DNA of 64,000 nucleotides from Pyrinomonadaceae bacterium (lineage in GTDB: Bacteria > Acidobacteriota > Blastocatellia > Pyrinomonadales > Pyrinomonadaceae), in assembly GCA_022843305.1 (NCBI GenBank), contig JALHNX010000003.1, positions 4,272 through 68,271 of the forward strand, in the 5' to 3' direction. Made by a program: the position numbers and the translations under genes. Every line of letters begins with the position of its first letter. Positions within the stretch are counted from its first letter, which is position 1. Under the pieces are notes generated by a model. It worked only from the letters and a program-made list of their open reading frames with translations, ran no database searches and was not told the origin of the DNA. Positions 17,686-26,878 of the stretch are shown piece by piece.

Positions 17686-18846
17686 TTATGTTTGCAGAAA
17701 TTTTTTGAGAGTTTTTTGAAAAGATTTTGGGGAAATCTCTTCGCTTGACAAAATTACCGGCTCGCCGATTCGTTTCAATAAAATCCATTGCAGCGTCTGA
17801 CCGATGTTTTTTTTGTCAAAAGAAAATGCTTGAACAACTTTTTCAATTTCGATGTTTTTCACGCTTGGCAATTTGCCGAGATTGTGAAAAACATCGTTCA
17901 ACAATCTTACTTCATTTTCATCCAAAATTTCAAGCGTTTTTGAAAGTTCTGCAGCAAATAAAATTCCGTAGCCGACGGCTTCTCCGTGTTTGAAATACTC
18001 GTAATCGGTAACTTTTTCGAGCGCGTGTCCGAGCGTATGCCCGAAGTTCAATATTTTGCGTGATTTAGCATCGGTTCGGTCAGCCGATTCGCGTTCATCG
18101 TTCATCACTATTTCAGCCTTGAAACTAACCTGCGCGGCAAGCAGATTTTCGAGTTTTGAGAGAAAGTTTTCATCCGAAAAATAATTCCTGAAATTTTTCG
18201 GCGGATAATTCATTAAAAAATCTGCTGTTTTATCAAAAAGCTGCCGGTTTGAAATCGCGCCGTGTTTGATTGCTTCGCAAAATCCGGCGACGAGTTCGCG
18301 GTGCGGCAGAGTTTTCAAAGTTTCGATGTCAATCAAAACGCCGTTCGGCTGATGAAACGCGCCGATCAGATTTTTACCCAAATCGGAATTAATGCCCGTT
18401 TTGCCGCCGACCGATGAATCAATCATCGCCAGAAGCGTCGTCGGAATCTGCAATAAAGCGATTCCGCGCAGATAAACGGCGGCGGCAAACCCCGCCAAAT
18501 CGCCGACCACGCCGCCGCCGAGCGCGACAATCGCATCGGTTCGCGCCAATTTATTTTCCGAGATAAATTTCAGAAGGTTTTCGAGCGACCGCAGATTTTT
18601 ATGTTTTTCGCCGTCCTTCATCAGAAACACAAAAACTTCAAAGCCCGCTTTTTCAAAGCTTTTTTGCACTATTGAGCCGTAAAGACGAAAGATTTTGGCG
18701 TTCGAGACAATAACAATCTTCGCAGTTTTTTCTGAAAGCCGGGAGATTGCCCATTCACCACAAAATTTCAATCTGTTATGTCCGATTTGAATAGTATATT
18801 TATGCGAAGAATCGGTTAGTTTTACAGAAACGGATTTATCTCTCAT
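17686..18846 (-). CDS. aroB: 3-dehydroquinate synthase
   Basis: LGGGVVGDLAGFAAAVYLRGI, DSSVGGKTGIN and GHTLGHALE are as expected for AroB. ATG at 18846 (MRDKSVSV) is preferred over the longer track start. Confidence 0.9.
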   Translation of the reverse strand: MRDKSVSVKLTDSSHKYTIQIGHNRLKFCGEWAISRLSEKTAKIVIVSNAKIFRLYGSIVQKSFEKAGFEVFVFLMKDGEKHKNLRSLENLLKFISENKLARTDAIVALGGGVVGDLAGFAAAVYLRGIALLQIPTTLLAMIDSSVGGKTGINSDLGKNLIGAFHQPNGVLIDIETLKTLPHRELVAGFCEAIKHGAISNRQLFDKTADFLMNYPPKNFRNYFSDENFLSKLENLLAAQVSFKAEIVMNDERESADRTDAKSRKILNFGHTLGHALEKVTDYEYFKHGEAVGYGILFAAELSKTLEILDENEVRLLNDVFHNLGKLPSVKNIEIEKVVQAFSFDKKNIGQTLQWILLKRIGEPVILSSEEISPKSFQKTLKKFLQT

Positions 18847-18871
18847 TCTGATAAAAATTTTGCGGTTTTCG

Positions 18872-18924
18872 GCAAAAAAAAGCAAAAAGAAAAGCCGTAA
18901 GTTTCATAGTCCACTTACGGCTTT
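18872..18924 (-). terminator. Intrinsic terminator immediately upstream of aroB
   Basis: The minus strand reads AAGCCGTAAGT-GGACTATGAA-ACTTACGGCTT (11-bp stem), then TTCTTTTTGCTTTTTTTT. It ends about 25 nt before the aroB ATG. Confidence 0.75.
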
Positions 18925-19104
18925 GATTTCTTTTATAAAGCAGGCGAAGCAACATGGAAGTGTACCGCACCTGCCAATGCGTAGTAACTGTCCTCACCCC
19001 AGCTACCACTAGAGACGGAGGCTCCACCAACCGTCTCGATTGAATTGAATATACACCCATCAAGCGGTGTTTGGCAAGCGGCGAAACTATAACCTTTATT
19101 AATT
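18925..19104 (-). ncRNA. Candidate structured RNA, long 3' UTR or leader between the ABM gene and the aroB-proximal terminator
   Basis: About 180 nt non-coding with several stems: GAGACGG/CCGTCTC, UGGUAGC/GUUACUA, GCAGGUG/CGCCUGC, ACACC/GGUGU. It ends in the strong terminator. No known family recognised. Confidence 0.3.
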
Positions 19105-19404
19105 TTATTTTTGAATTAAATAATCCGAAAGAATTTCGAGCCGCACTTCGGTAAAACTTTCTTCAATCGCTTCACGCATTTTCGTTCGGGCGACGAAATC
19201 CGGCGAACCGGCAAAAGCATTTTCGCGTTGTTCGGCGGATTTCCACTGCGCGTAAGCGTAGAAAATCCCGTCATCGCCGCGATGCAGACGCGATCCCAAA
19301 GAATCGAAATTTTCTCGGTAAAAAGCCGTAACTTCCGACCACGCTTCGATAAATTGCGATTCCTTTTCGGGTTTGATACGCCAGCGGTAAAGAATTATAA
19401 ACAT
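19105..19404 (-). CDS. ABM-domain (antibiotic biosynthesis monooxygenase-like) small protein
   Basis: 99 aa. MFIILYRWRIKPEKESQFIEAWSEVT...YAYAQWKSAEQ fits the ferredoxin-like ABM pattern. Confidence 0.7.
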   Translation of the reverse strand: MFIILYRWRIKPEKESQFIEAWSEVTAFYRENFDSLGSRLHRGDDGIFYAYAQWKSAEQRENAFAGSPDFVARTKMREAIEESFTEVRLEILSDYLIQK

Positions 19405-19411
19405 AAAAAAT

Positions 19412-19500
19412 GTGAAAATGTGGAAATATGAAAATGTGAAAAAGTTAGTTGATTAAAATAGCAAAAACTTTTTCACTTTTAGTCTTTTTCACTTTTTCAC
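19412..19500. repeat. Hairpin with arms made of four octamer units (TGTGAAAA-like)
   Basis: Left arm GTGAAAATGTGGAAATATGAAAATGTGAAAAAG (19412-19444). Right arm CTTTTTCACTTTTAGTCTTTTTCACTTTTTCAC (19468-19500). Confidence 0.7.
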
Positions 19501-19502
19501 GT

Positions 19503-20849
19503 TCATCCCAAACTCGTGCGAATCACGTCCGCCAGGCGGTTTGCCTGCGATTCGATCTGCATTTGATTTTCGCCTTCGATCATCACGCGGGCAAGATTTT
19601 CCGTGCCTGAATAACGAAGCAGAAGCCGTCCTTTGCCGTCGAGTTCTGTTTCGAGCAGTTTCGAGGCTTCGGCAATCTCGATAACTTCTTCAAACGGGCG
19701 TTTTTCCTTGACTTTGACATTGACCAGAATCTGCGGATAGCGCGTAAAGCCCTTTATCATTTCCGAAAAACTTTTGCCTTTTTCATAAAGCGATTCGAGC
19801 AGAAAAAGCGTCGTCATCATTCCGTCGCCGACCAGACTCTTTTGGGGAAAAATGATATGCCCCGACTGTTCGCCGCCGACCGACGCGCCTGTTTTTAAGA
19901 GTTCTTCCAAAACGTATTTGTCGCCGACGGCGGTTCGCAAGAGCTTGAAATTTCTCGCGCCTAACGCGATTTCCAAACCGATGTTGCTCATCACGGTCGC
20001 CACGACGGTTTGATTATCGAGCCGTCCGTGTTCGGACAAAAATTGCGCCATAATCCAAAGCACCGCGTCGCCGTCAACCAGATTTCCCTGTTCGTCAACA
20101 AAGAGCGAGCGGTCGGCATCGCCGTCAAACGCGACCCCGAAATCGGCTTTTTCTTCCAAAACCTTCGCCTGCAATTTTTCCAGATGAAGCGAACCGCAAT
20201 CCTTATTGATATTTTTGCCGTCCGGCGCACAGTTTATGACGACGACTTCCGCGCCGAATCTTGAAAAAAGACGCGGCGCAAGCGTCGAAGCCGCGCCATT
20301 TGCGCAATCAACGATCATTTTGAAATTTTCGAGCCGCAAATCCTTGAATTCTTCCGCCAGATAATCCAGATAAGCCGTTTGGTATTCGGCGGCTTTTGAA
20401 GAATCAACTTCTGACTCTCGACTCTCGACTCTCGACTCTTGACTCTCAAAAATATCGCTTTCGATTCGGCGTTCGGTTTCGCCGTCGAATTTTTTGCCGG
20501 TCGGGGCAAAAATCTTGATCCCGTTGTCTTCAAACGGATTGTGCGACGCGCTGATGACGATTCCGGCATCGAATGCGAACTTTTTCGTCAAAAAAGCAAC
20601 GCCCGGCGTAGTGATAATTTCCGCCGATTCGCATTCCGCGCCTTCCGATCTTGCGCCCGCGTGAAAGGCTTTTTCGATCCAAGCGCCGGATTCGCGCGTG
20701 TCGCGTCCGGTGATAAAACGCGGCGTTCGCGCAAGTTTTTCCGCGAACTGCCGCGCCAGTGACCGCCCGACCGTTTCGATAGTTTTTTCGTCCAAGGGAA
20801 ACACGCCCGCAAGCCCTCGCATTCCGTCTGTTCCAAAAAGTTTTTTCAT
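19503..20849 (-). CDS. glmM: Phosphoglucosamine mutase
   Basis: MKKLFGTDGMRG, the phosphoserine loop SASHNPFEDNGIK, FDGDADR and GGEQSGH. Confidence 0.95.
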   Translation of the reverse strand: MKKLFGTDGMRGLAGVFPLDEKTIETVGRSLARQFAEKLARTPRFITGRDTRESGAWIEKAFHAGARSEGAECESAEIITTPGVAFLTKKFAFDAGIVISASHNPFEDNGIKIFAPTGKKFDGETERRIESDIFESQESRVESRESEVDSSKAAEYQTAYLDYLAEEFKDLRLENFKMIVDCANGAASTLAPRLFSRFGAEVVVINCAPDGKNINKDCGSLHLEKLQAKVLEEKADFGVAFDGDADRSLFVDEQGNLVDGDAVLWIMAQFLSEHGRLDNQTVVATVMSNIGLEIALGARNFKLLRTAVGDKYVLEELLKTGASVGGEQSGHIIFPQKSLVGDGMMTTLFLLESLYEKGKSFSEMIKGFTRYPQILVNVKVKEKRPFEEVIEIAEASKLLETELDGKGRLLLRYSGTENLARVMIEGENQMQIESQANRLADVIRTSLG

Positions 20850-21105
20850 AATTTTCTACTTCACCAAACGACAAATTAACGCTTGCTTTCAGATTTTACA
20901 AATGCAAAATACGTTTTCGGTGTCGTCAATCGGCATTATGAAAGTTATAACATTTTTTTGTGGTTTATATAAAATATTAGGAATATATTTGACAACCTTT
21001 TGCCTTTTGAGCGAATCTATAATCGCGCACGCGAAAAATCGCGTATCGAAATTGGATCACATTAAGAATAATTTCCATAAACTATTCTCCCCAGAGGATG
21101 CCTTG

Positions 21106-22389
21106 ATGAAGTATTTGTCTATATTTGCGTTTTTACTCATTTTATCAACTAATCTGCTTTCCCAAACCGTTCAGCCGGACACCACACAAACACGCGCCCG
21201 CGTTGTCGGCGTAACGCCAACGCCGTCAAAAAACGTGGTTGTCACCAACAATTTGCCGCCGACACCCGCGCCGACTCCGAAATCCGTCGTTGTCGCATCG
21301 CCGACACCCGCGCCGGTTATTGTCAGCAGAACGCCGACTCCGGCAACAAACACGACCAATACGACGAGCCAAATTCTTTCGTTTGGTCAAATCAAAGCGA
21401 GGCTTGAAGAAGCAAAACGCGCAATGACGGCGCGACCGATCACGATTGCCGATACGGACGGCACATTTACGATGAGTTCGGTGCGGATCGCTTTTTACGA
21501 TTGGGACACGAAACAGCTCGATTACGTCGTCATGACAAAAGATGCGTTTCTGACCAAAAATGGCGAATTTTTCCTGACTTCGGCAAATAATAAATCGCTC
21601 AAGGTCAGAATCATCCGCCCGAACGGCGTCAACACGCCGGTCGTGATTTCCGATTACACGAACAAAAATCACCTGCCCTTGATGGTGCAGTATCCGGTCG
21701 AGCGCGGCGGAAAATATTACGAAACGGCTTATTATATGTCCACGCATCCCGGACTTGTCACGCCCGAAGTCGTCAACGCCGGAAAACTTTACGTCCGTAA
21801 CACGATCGACATCGCGCGCGAAAAACTTCGCCAGAAAGGTTTCACCATCGCGCCGCACATCGCCGATATGGGCGAAAAACTTTCGATTGTCGAACACGTT
21901 GACCATTATCGCTTCCGCACCGAATATCATCCGAATATCTACAACGACATTTTCACGCTTTTCGCGCTGAACGAAGGACAAACCTATCGTTATGCCGTCA
22001 GTTCGGCAGGCGCGGGCGGAATGGTGCAGATGATTCCCTCGACCTACGCGATGATGCGGCGGCTTTATCCCGGAGCGAATTTAATGCCCGATTTTGTCGA
22101 AGGAATGCGCGACCACGTCAACGCTTCGCAGGCAATGTTGCTTTATATTCAAATGACTTATAACGATCTGGTCGCCAGCCCGACCGTTGCCAACGCGCTG
22201 CAAACCGGCATTGCGACCGAAGCCGAACTGATGTCGGCAGGTTACAATTCAAATCCCGCAAGACTTCCCGGCTATATCAAACGCGGCGGCGCGAACTGGC
22301 GCAATCTGATTCCGCGCGAAACGCAGATTTACCTGCAGATCAATGCTTCGATTGATCGTTTCGCACCGTTTGCAAAACGCACAAAATAA
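21106..22389 (+). CDS. Secreted protein with a C-terminal lytic-transglycosylase (SLT)-like region
   Basis: ATG at 21106 gives the signal MKYLSIFAFLLILSTNLLSQ. A TP-rich linker follows. AGAGGMVQMIPSTYAMM is SLT-like. The track extension back to 20698 overlaps glmM and is rejected. Confidence 0.65.
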   Translation: MKYLSIFAFLLILSTNLLSQTVQPDTTQTRARVVGVTPTPSKNVVVTNNLPPTPAPTPKSVVVASPTPAPVIVSRTPTPATNTTNTTSQILSFGQIKARLEEAKRAMTARPITIADTDGTFTMSSVRIAFYDWDTKQLDYVVMTKDAFLTKNGEFFLTSANNKSLKVRIIRPNGVNTPVVISDYTNKNHLPLMVQYPVERGGKYYETAYYMSTHPGLVTPEVVNAGKLYVRNTIDIAREKLRQKGFTIAPHIADMGEKLSIVEHVDHYRFRTEYHPNIYNDIFTLFALNEGQTYRYAVSSAGAGGMVQMIPSTYAMMRRLYPGANLMPDFVEGMRDHVNASQAMLLYIQMTYNDLVASPTVANALQTGIATEAELMSAGYNSNPARLPGYIKRGGANWRNLIPRETQIYLQINASIDRFAPFAKRTK

Positions 22390-22409
22390 AATTCATTTTC
22401 GGTAAAATA

Positions 22410-22450
22410 AAAAAAAGCGAAGCAGAAAGTTTGCTTCGCTTTTTTGTTTT
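22410..22450. terminator. Bidirectional intrinsic terminator between convergent genes
   Basis: A-run, then AGCGAAGCA-GAAAGTT-TGCTTCGCT, then TTTTTGTTTT. Confidence 0.8.
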
Positions 22451-22464
22451 GATCGGGAAAAGTT

Positions 22465-23685
22465 TTAGCTCGCCGCTTTCGCGTCCGTCTTGTAAGCCGG
22501 AAGACTGACCCGCGCTTTCGGTTCTTTCTTCAAGCCCAAAGCCCAATCCGCTTGCATCAGCGTGTGTATGTCGCGCGTTCCTTCATAAATGACGGCGGCT
22601 TTGCAGTTTCGCAAATAACGCTCGACCGGATAATCGTTCGTGTAACCGTTTGCGCCGTGAATTTCAATCGCCATCGAAGCGGCTGTTTCACTGCGAACGG
22701 TCGCTTGCCATTTTGCCAAACTCGCGGCTTTTGCCGAAGATGCGCCGATATTTTTCAGATAACCGCATTTCAGCCAGAGCAGATGCGACATTTCATAATC
22801 GGCTTCCATATTAGCAATTTTTTGCTTGACGAGTTGGAAATTGGCGATTTTTTGCCCTTGCACTTCGCGTGTGTTTGCATATGAAACAGAAGCATCCCGC
22901 GAAGCGCGAATCACACCGGTTGCGCCTGCCGCGACCGTGTAGCGTCCGTTTTCAAGCGAAAACATCGCAATTTTGAAGCCTTCGCCTTCGTTCCCAAGCA
23001 TATTTTCGTTGGATACGCGCACGTCTTGAAGCGAAAAATAACCCGTATTTCCGGCTTTAATTCCCAATTTTCCGTGCAGCGTCCCGGAAGAAAAACCTTC
23101 CATCGTGCGCTCGACAATAAAACAACTGATGCCCGAATGGTCGCGCACTTTTTGTTTTTCCAAATCCGTCCAACAGAAAAACAGGAAATGATCGGCAACG
23201 TCGCCTAAAGAAATCCACATCTTTTCGCCGTTCAAAATCCATCCCGCGCCGTCGCGTTTGGCATACGAACGCATCCCGACGACATCGCTTCCCGCGTTCG
23301 GTTCGGTCAATCCGAACGTCGCCAATTTTTCGCCCTTCGCCTGCGGCACGAGATATTTTTGCTTTTGTTCTTCTGTTCCCCAAGTCAATAAAGACAAAGA
23401 GTTCAGCCCAACGTGAACGCTCATTGCGACGCGCAAAAACGTATCACACGCTTCGAGTTCTTCGCAGACAAGCCCAAGCGAAATATAATCAAACCCCGCG
23501 CCGCCGTATTCTTCGGGAATACAAACACCAAGAAGCCCAAGCTCCGCCATTTTGTCAAAAATGCTCCGCTCAAAATGCGCCTTCTCATCCCATTCCTTTA
23601 TAAACGGCGCAACTTCCCCATCGCAAAATTCCTTAACGGTTTTCTTTAACGCAATATGTTCTTCCGATAATTCAAAATCAATCAC
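22465..23685 (-). CDS. Acyl-CoA dehydrogenase family protein
   Basis: GTG start. FELSEEHIALKKTVKEF, GLTEPNAGSD, the C-terminal YEGTRDIHTLM-type motif, and typical length. Confidence 0.9.
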   Translation of the reverse strand: MIDFELSEEHIALKKTVKEFCDGEVAPFIKEWDEKAHFERSIFDKMAELGLLGVCIPEEYGGAGFDYISLGLVCEELEACDTFLRVAMSVHVGLNSLSLLTWGTEEQKQKYLVPQAKGEKLATFGLTEPNAGSDVVGMRSYAKRDGAGWILNGEKMWISLGDVADHFLFFCWTDLEKQKVRDHSGISCFIVERTMEGFSSGTLHGKLGIKAGNTGYFSLQDVRVSNENMLGNEGEGFKIAMFSLENGRYTVAAGATGVIRASRDASVSYANTREVQGQKIANFQLVKQKIANMEADYEMSHLLWLKCGYLKNIGASSAKAASLAKWQATVRSETAASMAIEIHGANGYTNDYPVERYLRNCKAAVIYEGTRDIHTLMQADWALGLKKEPKARVSLPAYKTDAKAAS

Positions 23686-23767
23686 AGTTTTATAAATTTC
23701 CTTTTAATTTTAAGAAAGTAAATACCGAAATTATTCTATCATTTTGCCGAAAACCTTAGTCAAACCG

Positions 23768-23810
23768 CAAAACAAAAAAGGTGCAGAAAGTAATTCGCTT
23801 TCCACCTTTG
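23768..23810 (-). terminator. Putative intrinsic terminator after the M23-vWA gene
   Basis: The minus strand reads AAGGTG-(19 nt)-CACCTT, then TTTTTGTTTTG. Confidence 0.55.
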
Positions 23811-23837
23811 AGGTTTATGAAACCGTGAATTGATCAG

Positions 23838-25814
23838 TTATAAATTTTTCGTTTTATAATCATCGAGCCGTTCAATCAATTCTTCGAGATGTCCGATTGG
23901 AATGGTCAGCAAACTGAGAGCGTCGCGGTCGAATGAAGGTGAATTGACGCGGCGGTTTAGAAAATCAAGAGAATCAGCCAAATCTGTTGTGTTTCGTTCG
24001 ATTCTTGGCGAGCGGATTTCTAAAATTGTCATCAAATTTCGATAGAATATTCCTTTTTCCGCAACAAATCCGGCAAACTCTGCCGCTAATTCCGCATTTT
24101 TTAAGCTGGTCAAACGTTTGTAATATTCTTTCAAATACGCCAAATCGCTTCGTAAAACATCAATGTAATAGATAAATTGACTTCGATAATCTACTTCTAA
24201 TGTTGTAACTTTTCGCCCGACCTCACTTGAATCGGGCGCGTTTGCCAACAATTTTAAATATTGCAGATAATTTTCCGTCGCGCATTTCGGGCGTTCCAAC
24301 GCTTCGCAAACCATCGCCAGATTGTAGTATCCAATCGGGTCGGACGGATTGTTTTTGACGTAAATCGTCCAAATCTGCAAGGCGTTTCCAAAATCCCGAT
24401 TGACGATTGCCCGTGTGCCGCTTTCGTTGTTTGAAACTTTCGGCTGATAAACGCGAATTACTTTTTGAAAAGCGCGTCTGAGTTGTTCCGAATCCCGCGC
24501 CGGAAAATATTTTCCGCCCGAACTCGATGCCAAATATTGCAAATCGCGCTCTTCTTGCGAACCGGGTTTAATGTCAAACCCGATGCACAAAAACTTGATT
24601 TTTTGATAGACGATGTTTTGACTTTGGCTATACACGCCGCGAGGTCGAATCTTGTCATTACAAGTGTTCATTCCGTCCGTTAAAACAACAATTCGACCTT
24701 CGCCAAGTTGCGGACGAGCCGCGAGATAATCGGTCATCCGGTCAACCGATAAATTTATCGCCGTAAAAAGCGGCGTTGCGCCCGCCGGCGGCGTAATTCC
24801 GCGCAGAAATATATTTTCGGCTTGGCTCAAATTATTAGTAAAAGGCAATAATTGTTTGACATCCCGCGGAGTGCATTCGCCGCCGAAAGTCCAAATCGAA
24901 ACAGTCGAATTATCCTGTTTCCGCCGCCGATTTTCCTGCATCTCGCGCACTGCCTCCAATCCCGCATTTTTCGCCTGCAAAATCTTTCCGTTTTCTTCCA
25001 TACTTCCCGAAACGTCAAGCAAAAACATCGTCGGAAGTTCGGCAGCCGTTACGGGCGGCACGATTGTTCCGCCTTTAATGCGGACATTTGAGAGAAAACT
25101 TATCGGATCAATAACCGGGTTTTTTAAAACATTTTTCAGTCTTCCGTCCGGTTCATAACCATTGAGTTCGGAGTTTGAACAAACTGACCAAATCTCAAAA
25201 TGAAGATGCGGAACGTAAGTATATTTTTTGTTTTGCTTATCGTAAAGTTCGGCAATTTTTCCGCCTGCGTCAATATTATCGCCTGTTTTAACGAGAATTT
25301 TACTTTCATCTAAATGCAGATAGTAAGAAAAAATTTCTTCGGTTTCAAATTCTTCGTAGCTTCCGGCTTTGCCGTTGTATCTGAAAGCGATAAATTTACT
25401 TCCGCGTGGTGCAAGGTGTTTGATAATCACTAATCCGCCGCGAGTCGGAAGAGGATTCGGATTCGATTTTGTTGAAAAGATTACAATCCCGTTTCCAATC
25501 GAATAAATCGGCTGATTTTGGCTTGCTGAACTGCTTCCGCCAAGCAAATAATCAACTCCCGTATGTTGCCAAAATCCGCCCGGCAGCCCCGGAATGTCTT
25601 TATTTGTTACACGGTTTCCAAAATCATTTGTGATTTGCCAAGAATTTCCGCCCGTATCCAGTACTGGCATTTTAAAAAAATCTGCCCTTTTTGAAGGTTC
25701 AAGTCCGCATTGGACTCCGCTTAGTTTTGTTTGTGCCTGCGTAATAAAAACAAAAAAACACAGTAAAAACGGGGCAAGACGGAAAATCCTAAAGTTTTGC
25801 TGTAAAATTCTCAT
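23838..25814 (-). CDS. Secreted M23 (LytM-type) peptidase fused to a vWA domain and a C-terminal helical-repeat region
   Basis: M23 motifs HTGVDY (HxxxD) and PHLHFEI (HxH). vWA MIDAS motif LLDVSGSMEENG. The C-terminus is TPR-like (ALQIWTIYVKNNPSDPIGYYNLAMVCEAL). Confidence 0.85.
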   Translation of the reverse strand: MRILQQNFRIFRLAPFLLCFFVFITQAQTKLSGVQCGLEPSKRADFFKMPVLDTGGNSWQITNDFGNRVTNKDIPGLPGGFWQHTGVDYLLGGSSSASQNQPIYSIGNGIVIFSTKSNPNPLPTRGGLVIIKHLAPRGSKFIAFRYNGKAGSYEEFETEEIFSYYLHLDESKILVKTGDNIDAGGKIAELYDKQNKKYTYVPHLHFEIWSVCSNSELNGYEPDGRLKNVLKNPVIDPISFLSNVRIKGGTIVPPVTAAELPTMFLLDVSGSMEENGKILQAKNAGLEAVREMQENRRRKQDNSTVSIWTFGGECTPRDVKQLLPFTNNLSQAENIFLRGITPPAGATPLFTAINLSVDRMTDYLAARPQLGEGRIVVLTDGMNTCNDKIRPRGVYSQSQNIVYQKIKFLCIGFDIKPGSQEERDLQYLASSSGGKYFPARDSEQLRRAFQKVIRVYQPKVSNNESGTRAIVNRDFGNALQIWTIYVKNNPSDPIGYYNLAMVCEALERPKCATENYLQYLKLLANAPDSSEVGRKVTTLEVDYRSQFIYYIDVLRSDLAYLKEYYKRLTSLKNAELAAEFAGFVAEKGIFYRNLMTILEIRSPRIERNTTDLADSLDFLNRRVNSPSFDRDALSLLTIPIGHLEELIERLDDYKTKNL

Positions 25815-25826
25815 TATTCAATAGGC

Positions 25827-26120
25827 TTAATAACAACTGATAAATTCACGGAAAACCCAACCGAGAATCACATAATTTCTGCCGCGATAAACACCGATTC
25901 GCACCCATTCGCGCCCGCGGTTATCCGACGAATATTTTTCGATATAAACCACCGTTCCATTGCGGATTTTTCCGACAATTCGACCATTCGGCGAAGCCCG
26001 AATATTTAACGGCGTTCCCGTCGGATCAGTTACTTTACATCTCTGTGCGCTTGCTTCCTGAACACCTACAAAAGCAAATACTCCAACCAAAAATAATATG
26101 CAAAATATTGAACTTTTCAT
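25827..26120 (-). CDS. Small secreted SH3b-domain protein
   Basis: AGGAG followed by ATG, with a signal peptide. CKVTDPTGTPLNIRASPNGRIVGKIRNGTVVYI is a typical bacterial SH3 pattern. Confidence 0.7.
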   Translation of the reverse strand: MKSSIFCILFLVGVFAFVGVQEASAQRCKVTDPTGTPLNIRASPNGRIVGKIRNGTVVYIEKYSSDNRGREWVRIGVYRGRNYVILGWVFREFISCY

Positions 26121-26135
26121 TTTCTTCTCCTATTT

Positions 26136-26858
26136 TTATTTGATCTCCGAAAACTGAACATCTAAAATTCCGGTTTCGGGACAATTTTGAAAATCGTAAT
26201 GCCACCATTCCGCCGCATAAACCTTAAAACCGTCCGACTCCATCGCTTTTCGCAAAATCTCGCGGTTTTTCTTTTGCGCTTCGGTTGCTCTTGCGTAATC
26301 AATCGCGGCTTTGGCTGTAAAATCATCGTATTCGGTCGGCAGATCCAAATTTTCGCCTGTTTTTAAGTCAAAAAGACTCAAATCAACCGCGCAACCGCGA
26401 TTGTGGCGCGAGCCGTTTTTCGGGTTGGCAACGAATTTTTTCTTGCTTGCGGGCGTAACTTCCCAGAAAAGTTTGGTTGCCGAAAGCGGACGATAGCCGT
26501 CAAAAATTACCAAGCCAAGATTGTCTTTTTTCAATTTTTGGTGAATCCTGACAACCGCATCTGCCGCCGGACGCTGTAAAAAAGCCCGCGCTTCTTTGTA
26601 AACTGCTTTACCGACAAAATTGTTTGCCGTCGCATAGCGAATGTCGAGTTTTAGCGTGTCGTCCAACTTTATCAACTCGACCAAGCCGTCTTTGGAAACT
26701 TCTTTTTTCGCCGTTGCCGACGGAGTCGGGCTTGGCGTTAAATTTGTTTCGGCAATTTTAGGCTTCGGCGTTTCAATTTCAGTTTTCGCCGTTGTCGCCG
26801 CCGGATTTTGACAAGCTAAGCTGACCGCAAAAATTAAAAATATAAATACGATTTTCAT
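26136..26858 (-). CDS. Exported D-alanyl-D-alanine dipeptidase (M15D, VanX/DdpX-like)
   Basis: FDGYRP, SRHNRGCAVDLSL (SxHxxGxAxD) and AEWWHYD. Signal or lipobox-like N-terminus IFAVSLAC. Confidence 0.85.
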   Translation of the reverse strand: MKIVFIFLIFAVSLACQNPAATTAKTEIETPKPKIAETNLTPSPTPSATAKKEVSKDGLVELIKLDDTLKLDIRYATANNFVGKAVYKEARAFLQRPAADAVVRIHQKLKKDNLGLVIFDGYRPLSATKLFWEVTPASKKKFVANPKNGSRHNRGCAVDLSLFDLKTGENLDLPTEYDDFTAKAAIDYARATEAQKKNREILRKAMESDGFKVYAAEWWHYDFQNCPETGILDVQFSEIK

Positions 26859-26878
26859 ATTTCCGATAATATTCCGAG

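Noticed and set aside
18836-19063. 75-aa ORF covering the aroB upstream region
   Set aside because: It runs through a terminator hairpin and stem-rich sequence and overlaps the aroB start. It has no RBS.
18925-19104. SRP RNA, 6S RNA, T-box or a known riboswitch upstream of aroB
   Set aside because: I could not find the conserved cores from memory: the SRP GGAA/AGCA domain IV, the T-box AGGGUGGUACCGCG, or the SAM, TPP, FMN, glycine, ZTP and guanidine motifs. It is kept only as an unclassified candidate.
21226-21981. 251-aa antisense ORF inside the SLT-like gene
   Set aside because: It is Arg-rich, has no motifs, and the opposite strand encodes a protein with a signal peptide and an SLT-like motif. 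The same reasoning applies to 37652-38191, 58066-58710, 41814-42296, 32120-32590, 34543-35016 and 8007-8510.
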